Assembly (NCBI GenBank): GCA_963723235.1
Contig: CAVRPV010000019.1
Span: forward strand, 84,064 to 148,063
Length of the DNA stretch: 64,000 nucleotides
DNA from: an uncultured delta proteobacterium
GTDB taxonomy: Bacteria; Desulfobacterota; WTBG01; CAIYCZ01; CAIRTM01
Reading direction: 5' to 3'
Within the stretch, counting starts at the first letter, position 1. The number at the start of each line of letters is the position of its first letter. Under the pieces are notes generated by a model that was given only the letters and a program-made list of their open reading frames with translations, made no database searches and was not told the origin of the DNA. This document shows positions 22,901-33,813 of the stretch, in pieces. The position numbers and the translations under genes are program-made.

Positions 22901-23502
22901 CCGCACCAGATATTCCCGATTTTGATTACGAGATCCTGCATCCACTGCATGCCGCAGGGGCTGGCCGTTATGCAGGCAGCTCAGGCTGTCTAAAACATTG
23001 TAATGCTGAGATCGCTGTTATGCACTTAAAGTTGCACAATGCTCCAGTGGCCGTATTGCTTCTAATTTTGATGACACCGTAAAAAATCGTCGGCTGTCAC
23101 TTCGAACCCTTGTAACTGCGGCACGTCATCACTTCAGGATATGCACACGACTATCGCCTCCTGATTGCATGGACATAACCGTCCCAACCCTTGATTACAA
23201 AAACCAAGAATGTACTTTCAGCTTGTTCGGCAACGCTGAGGGAAACGGAGTTCCTCACCTTGCACTATTTCGTCTTTCTGCGTTGCGGACACATGCATCC
23301 TTTCCGGCAAATCCTGAATGCGCCGCTGCGAAGCAAGGGCACCTGTAAATTAATAAAATGTTTAAAATGCATTAACAATTAAGGCCTATAGTCTAAGCCG
23401 ATACACCTTAGACATAATCGCATTAACCGGCAGGTGTCTGGACAATGCCATGGAAGATAATAACTTTACCGAACATTAACCAGCAGGGCGGAAAGGGGGT
23501 AT

Positions 23503-23552
23503 TGTTAGCGAAAATTAACCGTAAATTAACACAAGTATCAGACTGAATTAAC
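23503..23552 (+). promoter_or_regulatory. Candidate Pho box array upstream of pstS: AAATTAAC-CGT-AAATTAAC ... GAATTAACAATTAAG
   Basis: TTAAC occurs at 23506, 23517 and 23539 (11-bp multiples). The 13-mer ATTAACAATTAAG occurs at 23540-23552 and again at 23362-23374. Confidence 0.5.
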
Positions 23553-23679
23553 AATTAAGCACTACATTTAAGCAAAGACGATAGTTTGATATGCGCACAT
23601 GACGGCTTGTATGCGCGGCTGATCACAACAATTTCACCACACCCTGACAAAACCAGACAGAAGAGAAAGGAAGGGAACC

Positions 23680-24519
23680 ATGAAAAAAATTTTTAAAAAT
23701 ATCACCAGCTTTGCAACAGCTGCTATTGCGGCAGCGGTAATGGTCGGAACGGTTTATGCCGGAGAGACCATTGTTATGGACGGTTCAACCACGGTCGGCC
23801 CGCTCGCCAAGGCATTTGCAGAATTCTACATGCGGCAGAACCCCGGCGTTAACATCACGGTCGGCGAGTCCGGCAGCGGCAACGGCGCCAAAAGCATGAT
23901 CAACAAAACCTGCCAGGTGGCTAACATGTCGCGCATGATGAAGGACACCGAATTCAAGGCTGCAGTCGACGCGGGGGTACTGCCGGTGACCCATGTTGTA
24001 GCCCTGGACGGCCTGCCCGTCCTGGTGCACCCCTCCAACCCGGTAACAAACCTGACGGTTGCCCAGGTAAAACAAATCTACACGGGCCAAATCACCAACT
24101 GGAAGCAGGTCGGTGGACCCGATCTGGGCATTGTCCGCGTCAGCCGGGATACCAACAGCGGTACCTATGAATGCTTCAACGAGCTGATCATGAACAAAGA
24201 GAAAATCAGCGATAGCGCCGAATACGTGGGCAGCAACGGCGCTATCCGCCAGCGCGTGCAGACCACCCCGGCAGCCATAGGCTATGCCGGTCTCGCCTTT
24301 GTGGATGATACGGTCAAAGCCCTGAGCATCAACGGCATAGCACCCACGGAAGCAACCGTGCGCAACGGCTCGTACCCGATCGCGCGCCCCCTGTTCATGT
24401 TCACGGACGGCTATCCCAAACTCGGCAGCCATCTGCAGCGCCTTGTCACCCTGTGCCTGACCGAAGAAGGCAACACCCTGATCAAAGAAACGGGTTTCAT
24501 TGCGACAACCGATTATTAA
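23680..24519 (+). CDS. pstS: Phosphate ABC transporter substrate-binding protein
   Basis: Signal peptide followed by ..VMDGSTTVGPL.. and SGSGNG..; PstS family. Confidence 0.9.
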   Translation: MKKIFKNITSFATAAIAAAVMVGTVYAGETIVMDGSTTVGPLAKAFAEFYMRQNPGVNITVGESGSGNGAKSMINKTCQVANMSRMMKDTEFKAAVDAGVLPVTHVVALDGLPVLVHPSNPVTNLTVAQVKQIYTGQITNWKQVGGPDLGIVRVSRDTNSGTYECFNELIMNKEKISDSAEYVGSNGAIRQRVQTTPAAIGYAGLAFVDDTVKALSINGIAPTEATVRNGSYPIARPLFMFTDGYPKLGSHLQRLVTLCLTEEGNTLIKETGFIATTDY

Positions 24520-24784
24520 TAAAATCCCTCCATGCCTGCAGAACGCCGGCGGTTCTGCGGGCATCTCCAAACAGAAAACGGGTACGCCGCGTCATGCCGC
24601 GCAGCGTACCCGTTGCACATAGACGCCGCCACAGATCGGCAGACATGCGGTACCTGCCGCACCATACAGAGCAAATAACCGCGCACAGGCATACAAGCAC
24701 CGGGACTATTAAAAACCATGACCGCAAGAACCGCGACGCAGCCGAGAAAACAATCCCTGATGATGAGCCGCCGTGCCGGCCGTA

Positions 24785-25896
24785 TGCAGCGCATAGGTCA
24801 GATGCTCGGCCAGACCTTCCTGCTCAGCATCACATCGCTTTCAGCAATAGCGGTTTTGTTCATTTTTTTCTTTATCACCCGCGATGCGATTCCTTTTTTT
24901 ATGCCTAAAACCGGCTCATTCAACTGGACAAATATACAGCAATTCTTTACGCAAACCGCCTGGTACCCATCGGCCCGGCCCGGCCAATTCGGCGCACTGA
25001 GCCTTTTCTACGGAACCGCCATGGTAACCCTGGGCGCCGTCATAGTGGCGGTACCGCTGGGCATATCCGCGGCAGTGTGTTTAAGCGATGTTCTGGCTTT
25101 TAACGTACGGCAAATCGTCAAGCCGGTTATTGAAATTCTGGCCGCGATTCCATCGGTTGCCTACGGATTTTTCGCCCTCGTCGTCTTTGCGCCAATGCTG
25201 CAGAACTACGGCGGCAGCGTGCTTGCTTTCGGTTTCTGGATCATTGCCCTGCCCGTGCTGGGAATTGCCTGCATTATCGCAGGCGAAACCGTTGCCGCGC
25301 AATTTCCGGAAAACAGACGCAAGGCCGCGGCAATGCTCTCAACAGCCGTGCTGGGCGCTCTGAGCCTGGTTGTGCTGTGGATGATCGGGCAGCGCCTGTC
25401 CGGCATGCCCATCAGCAGCGGCACCAACGCATTCAACGTATCAATTATACTGGGCATCATGGCCCTGCCGACCGTGGTAAGCGTATCCGAGGATGCTCTG
25501 CAGGCGGTCGGACGGGAGCTGCGCGAAGGCAGCTACGCCCTTGGCGCGACCCGCGCGGAAACGATTATAAAAACCGTCATGCCGGCCGCCCTCAGCGGCA
25601 TTTTGGCCGCCGTTATCCTGGGTGTGATGCGGGCTGTCGGCGAAACCATGGTGGTCTGGATGGCCTCGGGCAACGCGGCTCAGATCCCTGCGCCCTTTTA
25701 CAATTTTATGGAGCCGATACGCACCCTGACCGCAACAATAGCCGGCGACATGGGGGAGGCAGACCATGTGACCGGCAGCGACCGATACAGTGTGCTGTTT
25801 GCGCTGGCCCTGTGCCTGCTGGCGTTTTCATTCGTCATGAACCTTGTCAGCGAGACAATTGTGCGCCGCTCCCGCAAAAAACTGGGGAAATCATAG
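24785..25896 (+). CDS. pstC: Phosphate ABC transporter permease PstC
   Basis: Polytopic membrane protein with ..MPAALSGILAAVILGVMRAVGETM.. The start is probably an internal Met of ORF 24718-25896. Confidence 0.85.
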
Positions 25897-25899
25897 CCC

Positions 25900-27450
25900 A
25901 TGCAACCGCATACCAGAAAACTGCTTGACCGCTCATTCACCGCTACAGGGTTCTTCTCCATCCTGATGATGGCAAGCGCGCTGATACTGATTCTCTATCC
26001 GATTATCAGCCGGGGACTCGGTGCCTATATATTCCGGGCTACCTGTGAGCACCGGCGGGTGCAGTTTGAAGAATTCCAGGTCGGCTCAAAGCAGGACATC
26101 GAACGCGAAGCCGCTGAAATCGCCGCGGCGCGCCAGCCCGTTTTCAACATGATCGCCGCACACGAAAAAGATTTGAAGGCGGAGCTGCAGGAAGCCTTTG
26201 ATCAGGTCAGAGCCCTTGCTGTCGCAGAAGGCGGATTTCTGCAGCGCTCACTTGAGCGCAGGCTGAAACGCGCGCACGCTGATTCCTCGCTTGAAGAATA
26301 CCTGCTGGTGCTTACAGCTGTTCGTGAAACTCTGGAAGGGCAGTTTGAGCGCGAACGCTTCGCGGGTGTGATCGACCTGATCACTGAGCGCAAACAGCGC
26401 GTGGAGGAAGCGGCCGGGAAACTGGCTGACATGAAACATGCCCTGCGGGAACTTCTTGGCCCTCTGCCGGGCGACCGCACCACGGAGCTGCTGCGCAGCC
26501 ATTACGGGCAGACTCGCTGGGACCGCTGCCTGCACTATCTGGACAAATTCCTGTACAGGTACGACTGGGACTATTCCAATGCGACAAACAGCGGCGTCAA
26601 AACCCGGACACCCCGCGCGGATGAATTCAAGGGCACGGACCTTGAGCCGGCATTCGCCTATGTGCGCGACAATCTTGAAGCCATGATGCGGCCGCGCCTC
26701 ACGTTCTACTGGCGTTTTCTGACAACTGACTCGCGCGATGCCCATTTCTTCGGCGGCATCTGGCCGGAAGTGCTCGGCACGTTCTACCTGACGATCGGCG
26801 CCATGCTGTTTGCCATCCCCATCGGCATTATCGCCGCCATATACCTGTGCGAGTATGCCCGTCCGACCCGGACGGTGAGCCTGCTGCGCAGCTGCATCAG
26901 CACCCTGGCCGGGGTACCCAGCATCGTTTTCGGCCTTTTCGGCCTGGCGTTTTTTCTGAACACGATCAACGTTTCCAAATCAAAAAGTGTTCTGGCCGGC
27001 AGCCTGACACTGGCCCTGATGATCCTGCCAACCATTATCCGCGCCGCCGAAGAAGCCATCCTGGCGGTTCCATTCACCTATAAAGAAGCTGCGATGGGGC
27101 TGGGAGCCGGGCGCTGGCGAACGGTGCGCACGATTATTCTGCCGGCCGCGCTGCCGGGGATTTTAACCGGCATCGTCATCAGCATGGGCCGCGCGGCCGG
27201 TGAAACAGCGCCGATTATTTTCACAGCCGCAGTGAGCGTTGGCCTGGCCTTGAATCCGCTGCAGGCCCTTACCCACCCGACGCCCGCCCTGCCCTGGAAC
27301 ATCTACAACCTGTGCACCGAGCATGAAGCGGTTGATCAAATCCGCCATGTGCAGTTCGGCATGGTTTTTACCCTTGTCGCGCTGGTGCTCCTGCTCAACA
27401 TTATCGCCATTGCCCTTCGGGCGCGCATATCCCGAAAGTTACGAGGATAG
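25900..27450 (+). CDS. pstA: Phosphate ABC transporter permease PstA, long form with a ~230-aa hydrophilic insertion between TM1 and TM2
   Basis: 516 aa. The C-terminal half is a canonical PstA core (..GETAPIIFTAA..). The N-terminal insertion is charged and coiled-coil-like. Confidence 0.85.
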   Translation: MQPHTRKLLDRSFTATGFFSILMMASALILILYPIISRGLGAYIFRATCEHRRVQFEEFQVGSKQDIEREAAEIAAARQPVFNMIAAHEKDLKAELQEAFDQVRALAVAEGGFLQRSLERRLKRAHADSSLEEYLLVLTAVRETLEGQFERERFAGVIDLITERKQRVEEAAGKLADMKHALRELLGPLPGDRTTELLRSHYGQTRWDRCLHYLDKFLYRYDWDYSNATNSGVKTRTPRADEFKGTDLEPAFAYVRDNLEAMMRPRLTFYWRFLTTDSRDAHFFGGIWPEVLGTFYLTIGAMLFAIPIGIIAAIYLCEYARPTRTVSLLRSCISTLAGVPSIVFGLFGLAFFLNTINVSKSKSVLAGSLTLALMILPTIIRAAEEAILAVPFTYKEAAMGLGAGRWRTVRTIILPAALPGILTGIVISMGRAAGETAPIIFTAAVSVGLALNPLQALTHPTPALPWNIYNLCTEHEAVDQIRHVQFGMVFTLVALVLLLNIIAIALRARISRKLRG

Positions 27451-27547
27451 CATGAAAACTCTATCAGCAATTGAAACGCGAGGTTCAATATGGCCAGTGC
27501 AGTAGACGCCACAGTGGAAAAACCCGGTGAACCGCATGGCCTGCCAC

Positions 27548-28374
27548 AGGATGCCGGTATCACCATGCAGCGCATGAAATCCTTTGCCGGCCGCGATGAC
27601 CATACCGCTATTGAATCCCTGGCAACGCATGTACGGGCCAACGATTTTTCGATTTTTTACGGTGACAATGAGGCGGTACGCTCTTTGTCGATGACCATAC
27701 CACGAGGCAAAGTCACGGCAATTATCGGCCCCAGCGGATGCGGTAAGAGCACCTTCCTTCGGGCTATCAACCGCATGAATGATCTGATCCCGCGCTGTCG
27801 TGCGGCCGGAGACCTCATCTTTGATGATGAAAATGTTTATGACAAGCGGGTTGATGTCGTACAGCTGCGCCAGCGCATCGGCATGGTGTTTCAAAAACCC
27901 AACCCGTTTCCGAAATCAATCTTTGATAATGTAGCCTACGCCCCGCGCCTGCAGGGTGAGCGCAACCGCGGTCGCCTTGATGATATCGTTGAGCGCAGCC
28001 TGCGCGAAGCCGTGCTGTGGGATGAGGTCAAGGACCGCCTGCACGATAACGCTCTGGGACTGTCCGGCGGCCAGCAGCAGCGCATGTGCCTGGCCCGCGC
28101 ACTGGCGGTCAATCCCGAAATTCTGCTGATGGATGAGCCCACCTCTGCACTTGACCCGCGCTCGACCGCCAGCATCGAGGCGCTGATCGGGCAGCTGCGC
28201 GGCGATTACACCATCATTATCGTTACCCACAACATGCAGCAGGCGGCCCGTGTCTCTGATTTCACCGCGTTCATGTACGAGGGCCTGCTGATAGAATACG
28301 GCAACACGACCAAACTGTTCACTAATCCTGTCAACAAACAAACCGAAGACTATATTACCGGCAGATTCGGATAA
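27548..28374 (+). CDS. pstB: Phosphate ABC transporter ATP-binding protein
   Basis: Walker [10 protein letters not shown], signature LSGGQQQR and Walker [12 protein letters not shown]. Confidence 0.9.
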
Positions 28375-28506
28375 ACAAACCATATGAACATGTCAGCTGT
28401 CGTGAACACAACCGATTTCATCAACCATGCATGCGGCGCGCGCAAAGCCGTGCCGTAAGGCAGCTTCGCCGGCGGACTGCCGTACCGTCGACAGGGGAGT
28501 AACACC

Positions 28507-29178
28507 ATGGGAGTACATTTAATCACGGAGCTTGAACGGCTCAAAAACATGACTACCAAGCTGGCCCACATGGTGAGCCACGACCTTGAGGATGCCATTG
28601 AGGCGCTGCTCAAAGGCGACCGCGATCTGGCTCTTCAGGTAATTACCAACGACGACCTTATTGACAGGCTTGAAATAGATATTGAAGAGGAATGTCTTAA
28701 GGCGCTCGCACTCTTCCAGCCGGTTGCAGGAGATTTACGCTATATTGTCGCGATATTAAAACTCAACAGCGACCTGGAACGCATCGGTGATCTGGCAGTC
28801 AATATTGCCGAGGCCGTTCTTGTCTTAATTGAGAAAAACCTGGGGTACAGGGATCCCTTTGACGTCCGGCAAATGTGCGATAGCGTCCAAAAGATGGTAG
28901 AAAATGTCCTGCAGGCACTGGTTCATTCCCGGACCTCACAGGCCTACGAAGTTCTGGACATGGACAAAGCCGTCAACGAAATGCACCGCGCCAACTACCT
29001 GTTGGTCGAGGAGGCCATTAAGCAACATATGGACCGCGATATCGGTTTCTACCTCTATTATATAAGTATTTCGCGCTACCTTGAGCGCATCGGCGACCAT
29101 ACGAAAAATATTGCTGAAGATATCATCTACACCATGGAAGGCAAAATCGTGCGCCACTCCCCGAAAAACCGCGCATAA
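28507..29178 (+). CDS. phoU: Phosphate signalling complex protein PhoU
   Basis: Two PhoU repeats, each with a ..LERIGD.. segment. Confidence 0.85.
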   Translation: MGVHLITELERLKNMTTKLAHMVSHDLEDAIEALLKGDRDLALQVITNDDLIDRLEIDIEEECLKALALFQPVAGDLRYIVAILKLNSDLERIGDLAVNIAEAVLVLIEKNLGYRDPFDVRQMCDSVQKMVENVLQALVHSRTSQAYEVLDMDKAVNEMHRANYLLVEEAIKQHMDRDIGFYLYYISISRYLERIGDHTKNIAEDIIYTMEGKIVRHSPKNRA

Positions 29179-29295
29179 GATGCAGCGCCATGACGGAGCC
29201 AGGGTTAAAAAGGTTGAAAAAAAAGGCGAAAGGTGGTTTTACATGACAGATCCCTTTGCAGGAGCGAACATCAATACTACGCGGTACGCACTATG

Positions 29296-29973
29296 AAAAA
29301 AACCATCGCCCTGGTTGAAGACGAGCCCGATATTGTCGAACTGCTTGAAATTCATTTGCAAAAAGGCGGGTTTCAGGTCAGAAGCTTCAATAACGGCAAA
29401 AAATTTCTGGAATACCTTTCAAAAAACACGCCGGATGTCGTGATCCTCGACCTGATGCTGCCCGATATCGACGGTCTGGAAATCTGCAAACAGGTGCGCA
29501 CATCCAACTCCAGCGCTGATATCGCCATTATCATGCTGACGGCCAAAAGCGAGGAAATTGATAAAATCCTGGGCCTTGAACTGGGCGCCGATGATTATGT
29601 CACCAAGCCGTTTTCCCCCAAGGAACTGGTAGCCAGGGTCAAAGCGGTACTGCGCCGGCATGCACCGCGGCAGCAGACCCGCACTATCGAAATCGCCGGA
29701 GGCCTGCTGATTGACCTTGAAAAATACACGGTTACACTTAGGGGCGAAAAGATTCAACTGACGTCGACTGAATTTCGCATCCTGCAGCTGCTGGCATCGA
29801 AAAAGGGCTGGGTCTTCAGCCGGGAGAAAATACTTGATCATCTCTGGGGTGATGAAAAAGCGGTGATTGACCGCACAATTGACGTGCATATCAGGCATCT
29901 GCGCGAAAAACTGGGCACGGCGGCCGGCTGCGTTAAAAACCTGCGCGGAGTGGGGTACAAGCTCGAAGAATGA
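29296..29973 (+). CDS. phoB: OmpR-family response regulator PhoB
   Basis: REC domain (MKKTIALVEDEPDIV..DLMLPDIDG) plus a winged-helix output domain, located directly after pstSCAB-phoU. Confidence 0.85.
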   Translation, partial: KKTIALVEDEPDIVELLEIHLQKGGFQVRSFNNGKKFLEYLSKNTPDVVILDLMLPDIDGLEICKQVRTSNSSADIAIIMLTAKSEEIDKILGLELGADDYVTKPFSPKELVARVKAVLRRHAPRQQTRTIEIAGGLLIDLEKYTVTLRGEKIQLTSTEFRILQLLASKKGWVFSREKILDHLWGDEKAVIDRTIDVHIRHLREKLGTAAGCVKNLRGVGYKLEE

Positions 29974-31706
29974 GAAAAACAATTTTTATAAAAATTTTTA
30001 CGGGTTACGTGCTGATCATCGCCCTGATGACCGGCGGTGTTTCGTTTCTGTGCTACCGTATCGTAAAACATCACCACATCGAAACCCTCACGAGTCACCT
30101 TGAAAAGCTGGCCATCGTTACCGGCCTCAGCATACAGGAGCTCTACGCCCGGCGAGAACAAGCCAACCTGGACCGCATGATTAAGAAGCTCGGCCCGGAA
30201 ATCGGCACGAGAATAACGATTATCGACCAGAACGGCACTGTGCTGGCCGATTCTGAAGGCGATCCACTCAGCATGGAAAACCATAGTTCGCGCCAGGAGA
30301 TCACACAGGCCCTGGGCGGACAGATCGGCGTTTCACAGCGCTACAGCACGACACTGAAAAATGCCATGCTCTATGTTGCCGTGCCGCTCACGCAGGCTGG
30401 TTCGATTGATGGCGTCGTGCGCGTGAGTTGTCCTGCGAGCGATATACAGCACTGGCTGAGCCAGCTGAAGGTTCAGATCGTCCAGATAGCCCTGCTGGTT
30501 ATACTGCTGGCGGTTATATGCGCGCTTTTGGTTGCTCGAAAATTATCCGCGCCCATCGCGCAGCTTAGCCGGGCATCGCGCCAAATTGCAGCGGGCGATT
30601 TTAACGTACGCGTGTTTGTCGACAGCCGCGATGAAGTACAGGACTTCGCGGTGAGCTTTAACAACATGACCGAAAAAATCCGCAAACTCTTTGATGAAGT
30701 GTCTCTGCAGCAGGAGCAGTTGAAAAGCATCATACGCTCCCTGCATGAGGGACTTCTGGTGATTGACCATGCCGGCCGTGTGATGATGTGCAATGAAAGC
30801 CTGGCCCGGATGGCGGGCTTTGAGCCGGGCGAAGCCCCGGGAAAGTTTTACTGGGAGCTGCTGCGCGTGGTGCGGCTTGAGGATATTGTTGAAACGTCCC
30901 GGGCATCAGGGGGCAGCAGCCTGCATGAGGTCCGGCTTGAGGGCAAAACGTGTTTGGTAAACGTCTCGCTGATCACGGAACTGAACGCGCTCGTCATGAC
31001 CTTCCTTGACATTTCAGAAACAAAAAATGTTGAACGCATGAAGCGCGACTTCGTCGTCAACGTCTCTCACGAATTGCGCACTCCCCTTACGGCGATCAAG
31101 GGCTTTGTGGAAACCCTGCAGGAGGAATCCGCAAGCGCCGATCATCAGCACTACCTGGGAATAATCCGGCGCCATACCGACCGTTTGATCAACATCGTCA
31201 AAGACCTTATGGTGCTTTCAAGCCTGGAACACGAGCAGGAACTTGAACTGGAAGAGGTCAATATAAAGGGTATTGCCGAACAGGTAAAAAAAATATATGT
31301 CGACCGTTTGAAAGAGAAAAACCTCTACCTGAATATTGAAGCCGAAAACGGCAAGCTGAACGCACGGGTCGATCCGTTCAAGCTGGAGCAGGTTCTCATA
31401 AACCTGATCGACAATGCCATTAAATATACCGAAACCGGCGGCATTACCATGCGGATGGAGCGCTCGCAGTCCGGTCTGGTTATAAGCGTTGCCGATACCG
31501 GCATCGGCATTGCCGCAGCTCATCTGCCCAAGCTGTTTGAACGTTTTTACGTGGTTGACAAATCACGCTCGCGCAAGGTCGGCGGCACCGGCCTGGGACT
31601 CTCCATTGTCAAGCACATTGTCCTGCTGCACAACGGCACCATCACTGTCGCGAGCACGCCCGGCACCGGCACAACCTTCACCATCACACTTCCCCAAAAC
31701 AGCTGA
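29970..31706 (+). CDS. phoR: Sensor histidine kinase PhoR (TM-HAMP-PAS-HisKA-HATPase)
   Basis: HELRTPLTAIKGF H-box and GGTGLGLSIV G-box. Its start overlaps the phoB stop by 4 bp. Confidence 0.85.
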   Translation: MRKTIFIKIFTGYVLIIALMTGGVSFLCYRIVKHHHIETLTSHLEKLAIVTGLSIQELYARREQANLDRMIKKLGPEIGTRITIIDQNGTVLADSEGDPLSMENHSSRQEITQALGGQIGVSQRYSTTLKNAMLYVAVPLTQAGSIDGVVRVSCPASDIQHWLSQLKVQIVQIALLVILLAVICALLVARKLSAPIAQLSRASRQIAAGDFNVRVFVDSRDEVQDFAVSFNNMTEKIRKLFDEVSLQQEQLKSIIRSLHEGLLVIDHAGRVMMCNESLARMAGFEPGEAPGKFYWELLRVVRLEDIVETSRASGGSSLHEVRLEGKTCLVNVSLITELNALVMTFLDISETKNVERMKRDFVVNVSHELRTPLTAIKGFVETLQEESASADHQHYLGIIRRHTDRLINIVKDLMVLSSLEHEQELELEEVNIKGIAEQVKKIYVDRLKEKNLYLNIEAENGKLNARVDPFKLEQVLINLIDNAIKYTETGGITMRMERSQSGLVISVADTGIGIAAAHLPKLFERFYVVDKSRSRKVGGTGLGLSIVKHIVLLHNGTITVASTPGTGTTFTITLPQNS

Positions 31707-31917
31707 GCCCTCGCACCGGCATGCGATTTTTGCTGGCACCGGGGCTGCCTGATATGCTATCACTACTCAATGCCCGTGCATCGCATACTAATCCCATGAC
31801 TGTCGGTCGGCCTTCATGCAGGGGGCTTCCCGCTGCACATATTTTTCTGCGGGCATTGTACCGAAATATTTCTGTAACACAGAACCGTCACCTGTTTTGA
31901 ATAGAGACAGCACCAGC

Positions 31918-32865
31918 ATGAATTTTTACCTGAAAAGAATCCTCATGACCGTGCCGACCCTGCTGGGCATCAGCATTATCACCTTTGTGCTGCTGCAGGC
32001 CCTGCCGGGAGACCCGGTACAGGGCCTGGCCGGTGATCGGGCCGACCCGGCGGTGCTGGAGCGTATCAGGCGCGACATGGGCACTGACCGGCCAATTGCA
32101 CTGCAGTATGTCGGATACATGAAACTGCTCATAAAGGGAGAGCTGGGCCGCTCACACTATACCAACCGCAGCGTTCTGGGCGACATCGCCCAGAAACTGC
32201 CCAACACGATCCTGCTGGCCGCGACTGCCATGCTGTTTTCAACCTGTTTTGGTATTCTACTGGGCATATTCATGGCCGTACAGCAAGGCACAGTCTGGGA
32301 CCGCCTGGCCCTGATGCTGTCCACCGCCGGCATATCCCTGCCGGTTTTCTGGCTGGGACTGTTGCTGATATACCTGTTCTCGTTTAAGCTGCAGCTGCTG
32401 CCCCCGGCCGGCATGGGCAGCGGATTCGGCACACTTATGTTTCTGGCGCTGCCGGCTGCCACCCTGGGCCTGAGTTCAGCGGCGGCGCTGGCGCGCATAA
32501 CGCGTACCAGCATGCTGGAAGTACTCTCGCAGCCCTACATAACGACCGCGCGCGCAAAAGGGCTGAGCGCCCCTGTCGTCGTGTTCAAACACGCTTTTAA
32601 GAACACCCTGATTCCGGTAGTCACGCTCATCGGCCTCGATTTCGGCAGCTATTTGAACGGATCAATCCTGACGGAGACAATCTTCGGCTGGGATGGAATC
32701 GGACGCTATGCTGTTGAAGGAATTTTCCAACGCGACTATCCGGTAATCATGGGCTGCGTGCTTACGGGCGCGCTGCTGTTCGTGCTGGTCAACCTGTCGG
32801 TTGATCTGGTCTACGGCCTGCTTGATCCGCGCATTGCACATGCGCCGGAGGAATCACAGCCATGA
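31918..32865 (+). CDS. ABC transporter permease, DppB/OppB/NikB family
   Basis: MNFYLKRILMTVPTLLGISIITFVLLQALPGDP.. N-terminus and an EAA-like loop. Confidence 0.8.
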   Translation: MNFYLKRILMTVPTLLGISIITFVLLQALPGDPVQGLAGDRADPAVLERIRRDMGTDRPIALQYVGYMKLLIKGELGRSHYTNRSVLGDIAQKLPNTILLAATAMLFSTCFGILLGIFMAVQQGTVWDRLALMLSTAGISLPVFWLGLLLIYLFSFKLQLLPPAGMGSGFGTLMFLALPAATLGLSSAAALARITRTSMLEVLSQPYITTARAKGLSAPVVVFKHAFKNTLIPVVTLIGLDFGSYLNGSILTETIFGWDGIGRYAVEGIFQRDYPVIMGCVLTGALLFVLVNLSVDLVYGLLDPRIAHAPEESQP

Positions 32866-33692
32866 AACGAGTCTTTTATTTAATCCGGCATAACCCGGCC
32901 CTGTATGTATCAGGCCTGATGATCGCGTTGCTTGTCGGGGTGGCCCTGGCCGCTCCGCTGATCGCCCCTTTCGATCCTCTGGCCATCAACCTGAATATCG
33001 TCAAGCAGGCTCCCGGACCCGTGCACCTGTTCGGCACCGACACGCTGGGGCGCGACATCTTCAGCCGGGTCGTTTTCGGTGCACGCACATCGCTGCTGAT
33101 CGGACTGAGCGCAACCGCGCTGTCCCTGCTGCTTGGCCTGATTGCGGGCATGCTTGCCGGCTACATCGGCGGTGCAGCCGACACGTGTATCACCATTATC
33201 ACGGATATTTTCCTGGCGTTTCCCAGCCTGCTGCTGGCAATTGCAATATCCGTACTGCTGCCGCCGGGATTGCTGTCGGTTACGCTCGCGCTCTGTCTGG
33301 TTGGCTGGGCGTCATTTGCCCGTCTTTTCAGGGCCATGACTATTTCACTCAAGGAACGCAGTTTTGTTGAAGCAGCCCGTGCCATGGGCTGTTCGCACCT
33401 GCGCATTATGGCATGGCATCTGCTGCCGCACTGCCTGCCGATCGTCATGATTGCGGCCACTATCAAGGTAGGCGGCTTTATCCTGGCTGAGTCAGCTCTC
33501 AGTTTTCTGGGCCTCGGCATTCAACCGCCCGAGCCGACCTGGGGCGCGATGATCAGCCTGAACCGCAACTATTTGCCCTCAGCGCCCTGGATGATATTTT
33601 TCCCGGGCATCGCAATCGCGCTCACCGTGTTCGCCTTCAACATATTCGGTGACTGCCTGCGCGACAAGCTTGATCCCAACATGCGCCTATAG
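32862..33692 (+). CDS. ABC transporter permease, DppC/OppC/NikC family
   Basis: Overlaps the upstream permease by 4 bp, with the typical DppC topology. No SBP or ATPase gene is adjacent. Confidence 0.8.
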   Translation: MKRVFYLIRHNPALYVSGLMIALLVGVALAAPLIAPFDPLAINLNIVKQAPGPVHLFGTDTLGRDIFSRVVFGARTSLLIGLSATALSLLLGLIAGMLAGYIGGAADTCITIITDIFLAFPSLLLAIAISVLLPPGLLSVTLALCLVGWASFARLFRAMTISLKERSFVEAARAMGCSHLRIMAWHLLPHCLPIVMIAATIKVGGFILAESALSFLGLGIQPPEPTWGAMISLNRNYLPSAPWMIFFPGIAIALTVFAFNIFGDCLRDKLDPNMRL

Positions 33693-33813
33693 CCAGTCAC
33701 CCGTGCGAACCAGGCACGAACAAAGCTTTACCGGAAAGCATTCTGTTATCTAACGATTAGGATTGTGAATGCAAAAGGGAAAGGTACGGGGGCAATGCGC
33801 ATCAAACAACAAA

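Noticed and set aside
24533-24560. Hairpin GCAGAACGCCGGCGGTTCTGC between pstS and pstC
   Set aside because: It has no following T-run, so it is not a terminator. It is probably an mRNA-stabilising or attenuating stem-loop of the kind common after pstS. Noted here but not called as a feature.
23785-24570. 261-aa minus-strand ORF overlapping pstS
   Set aside because: It is antisense to pstS, which has clear PstS family signatures, and has no recognisable domain.
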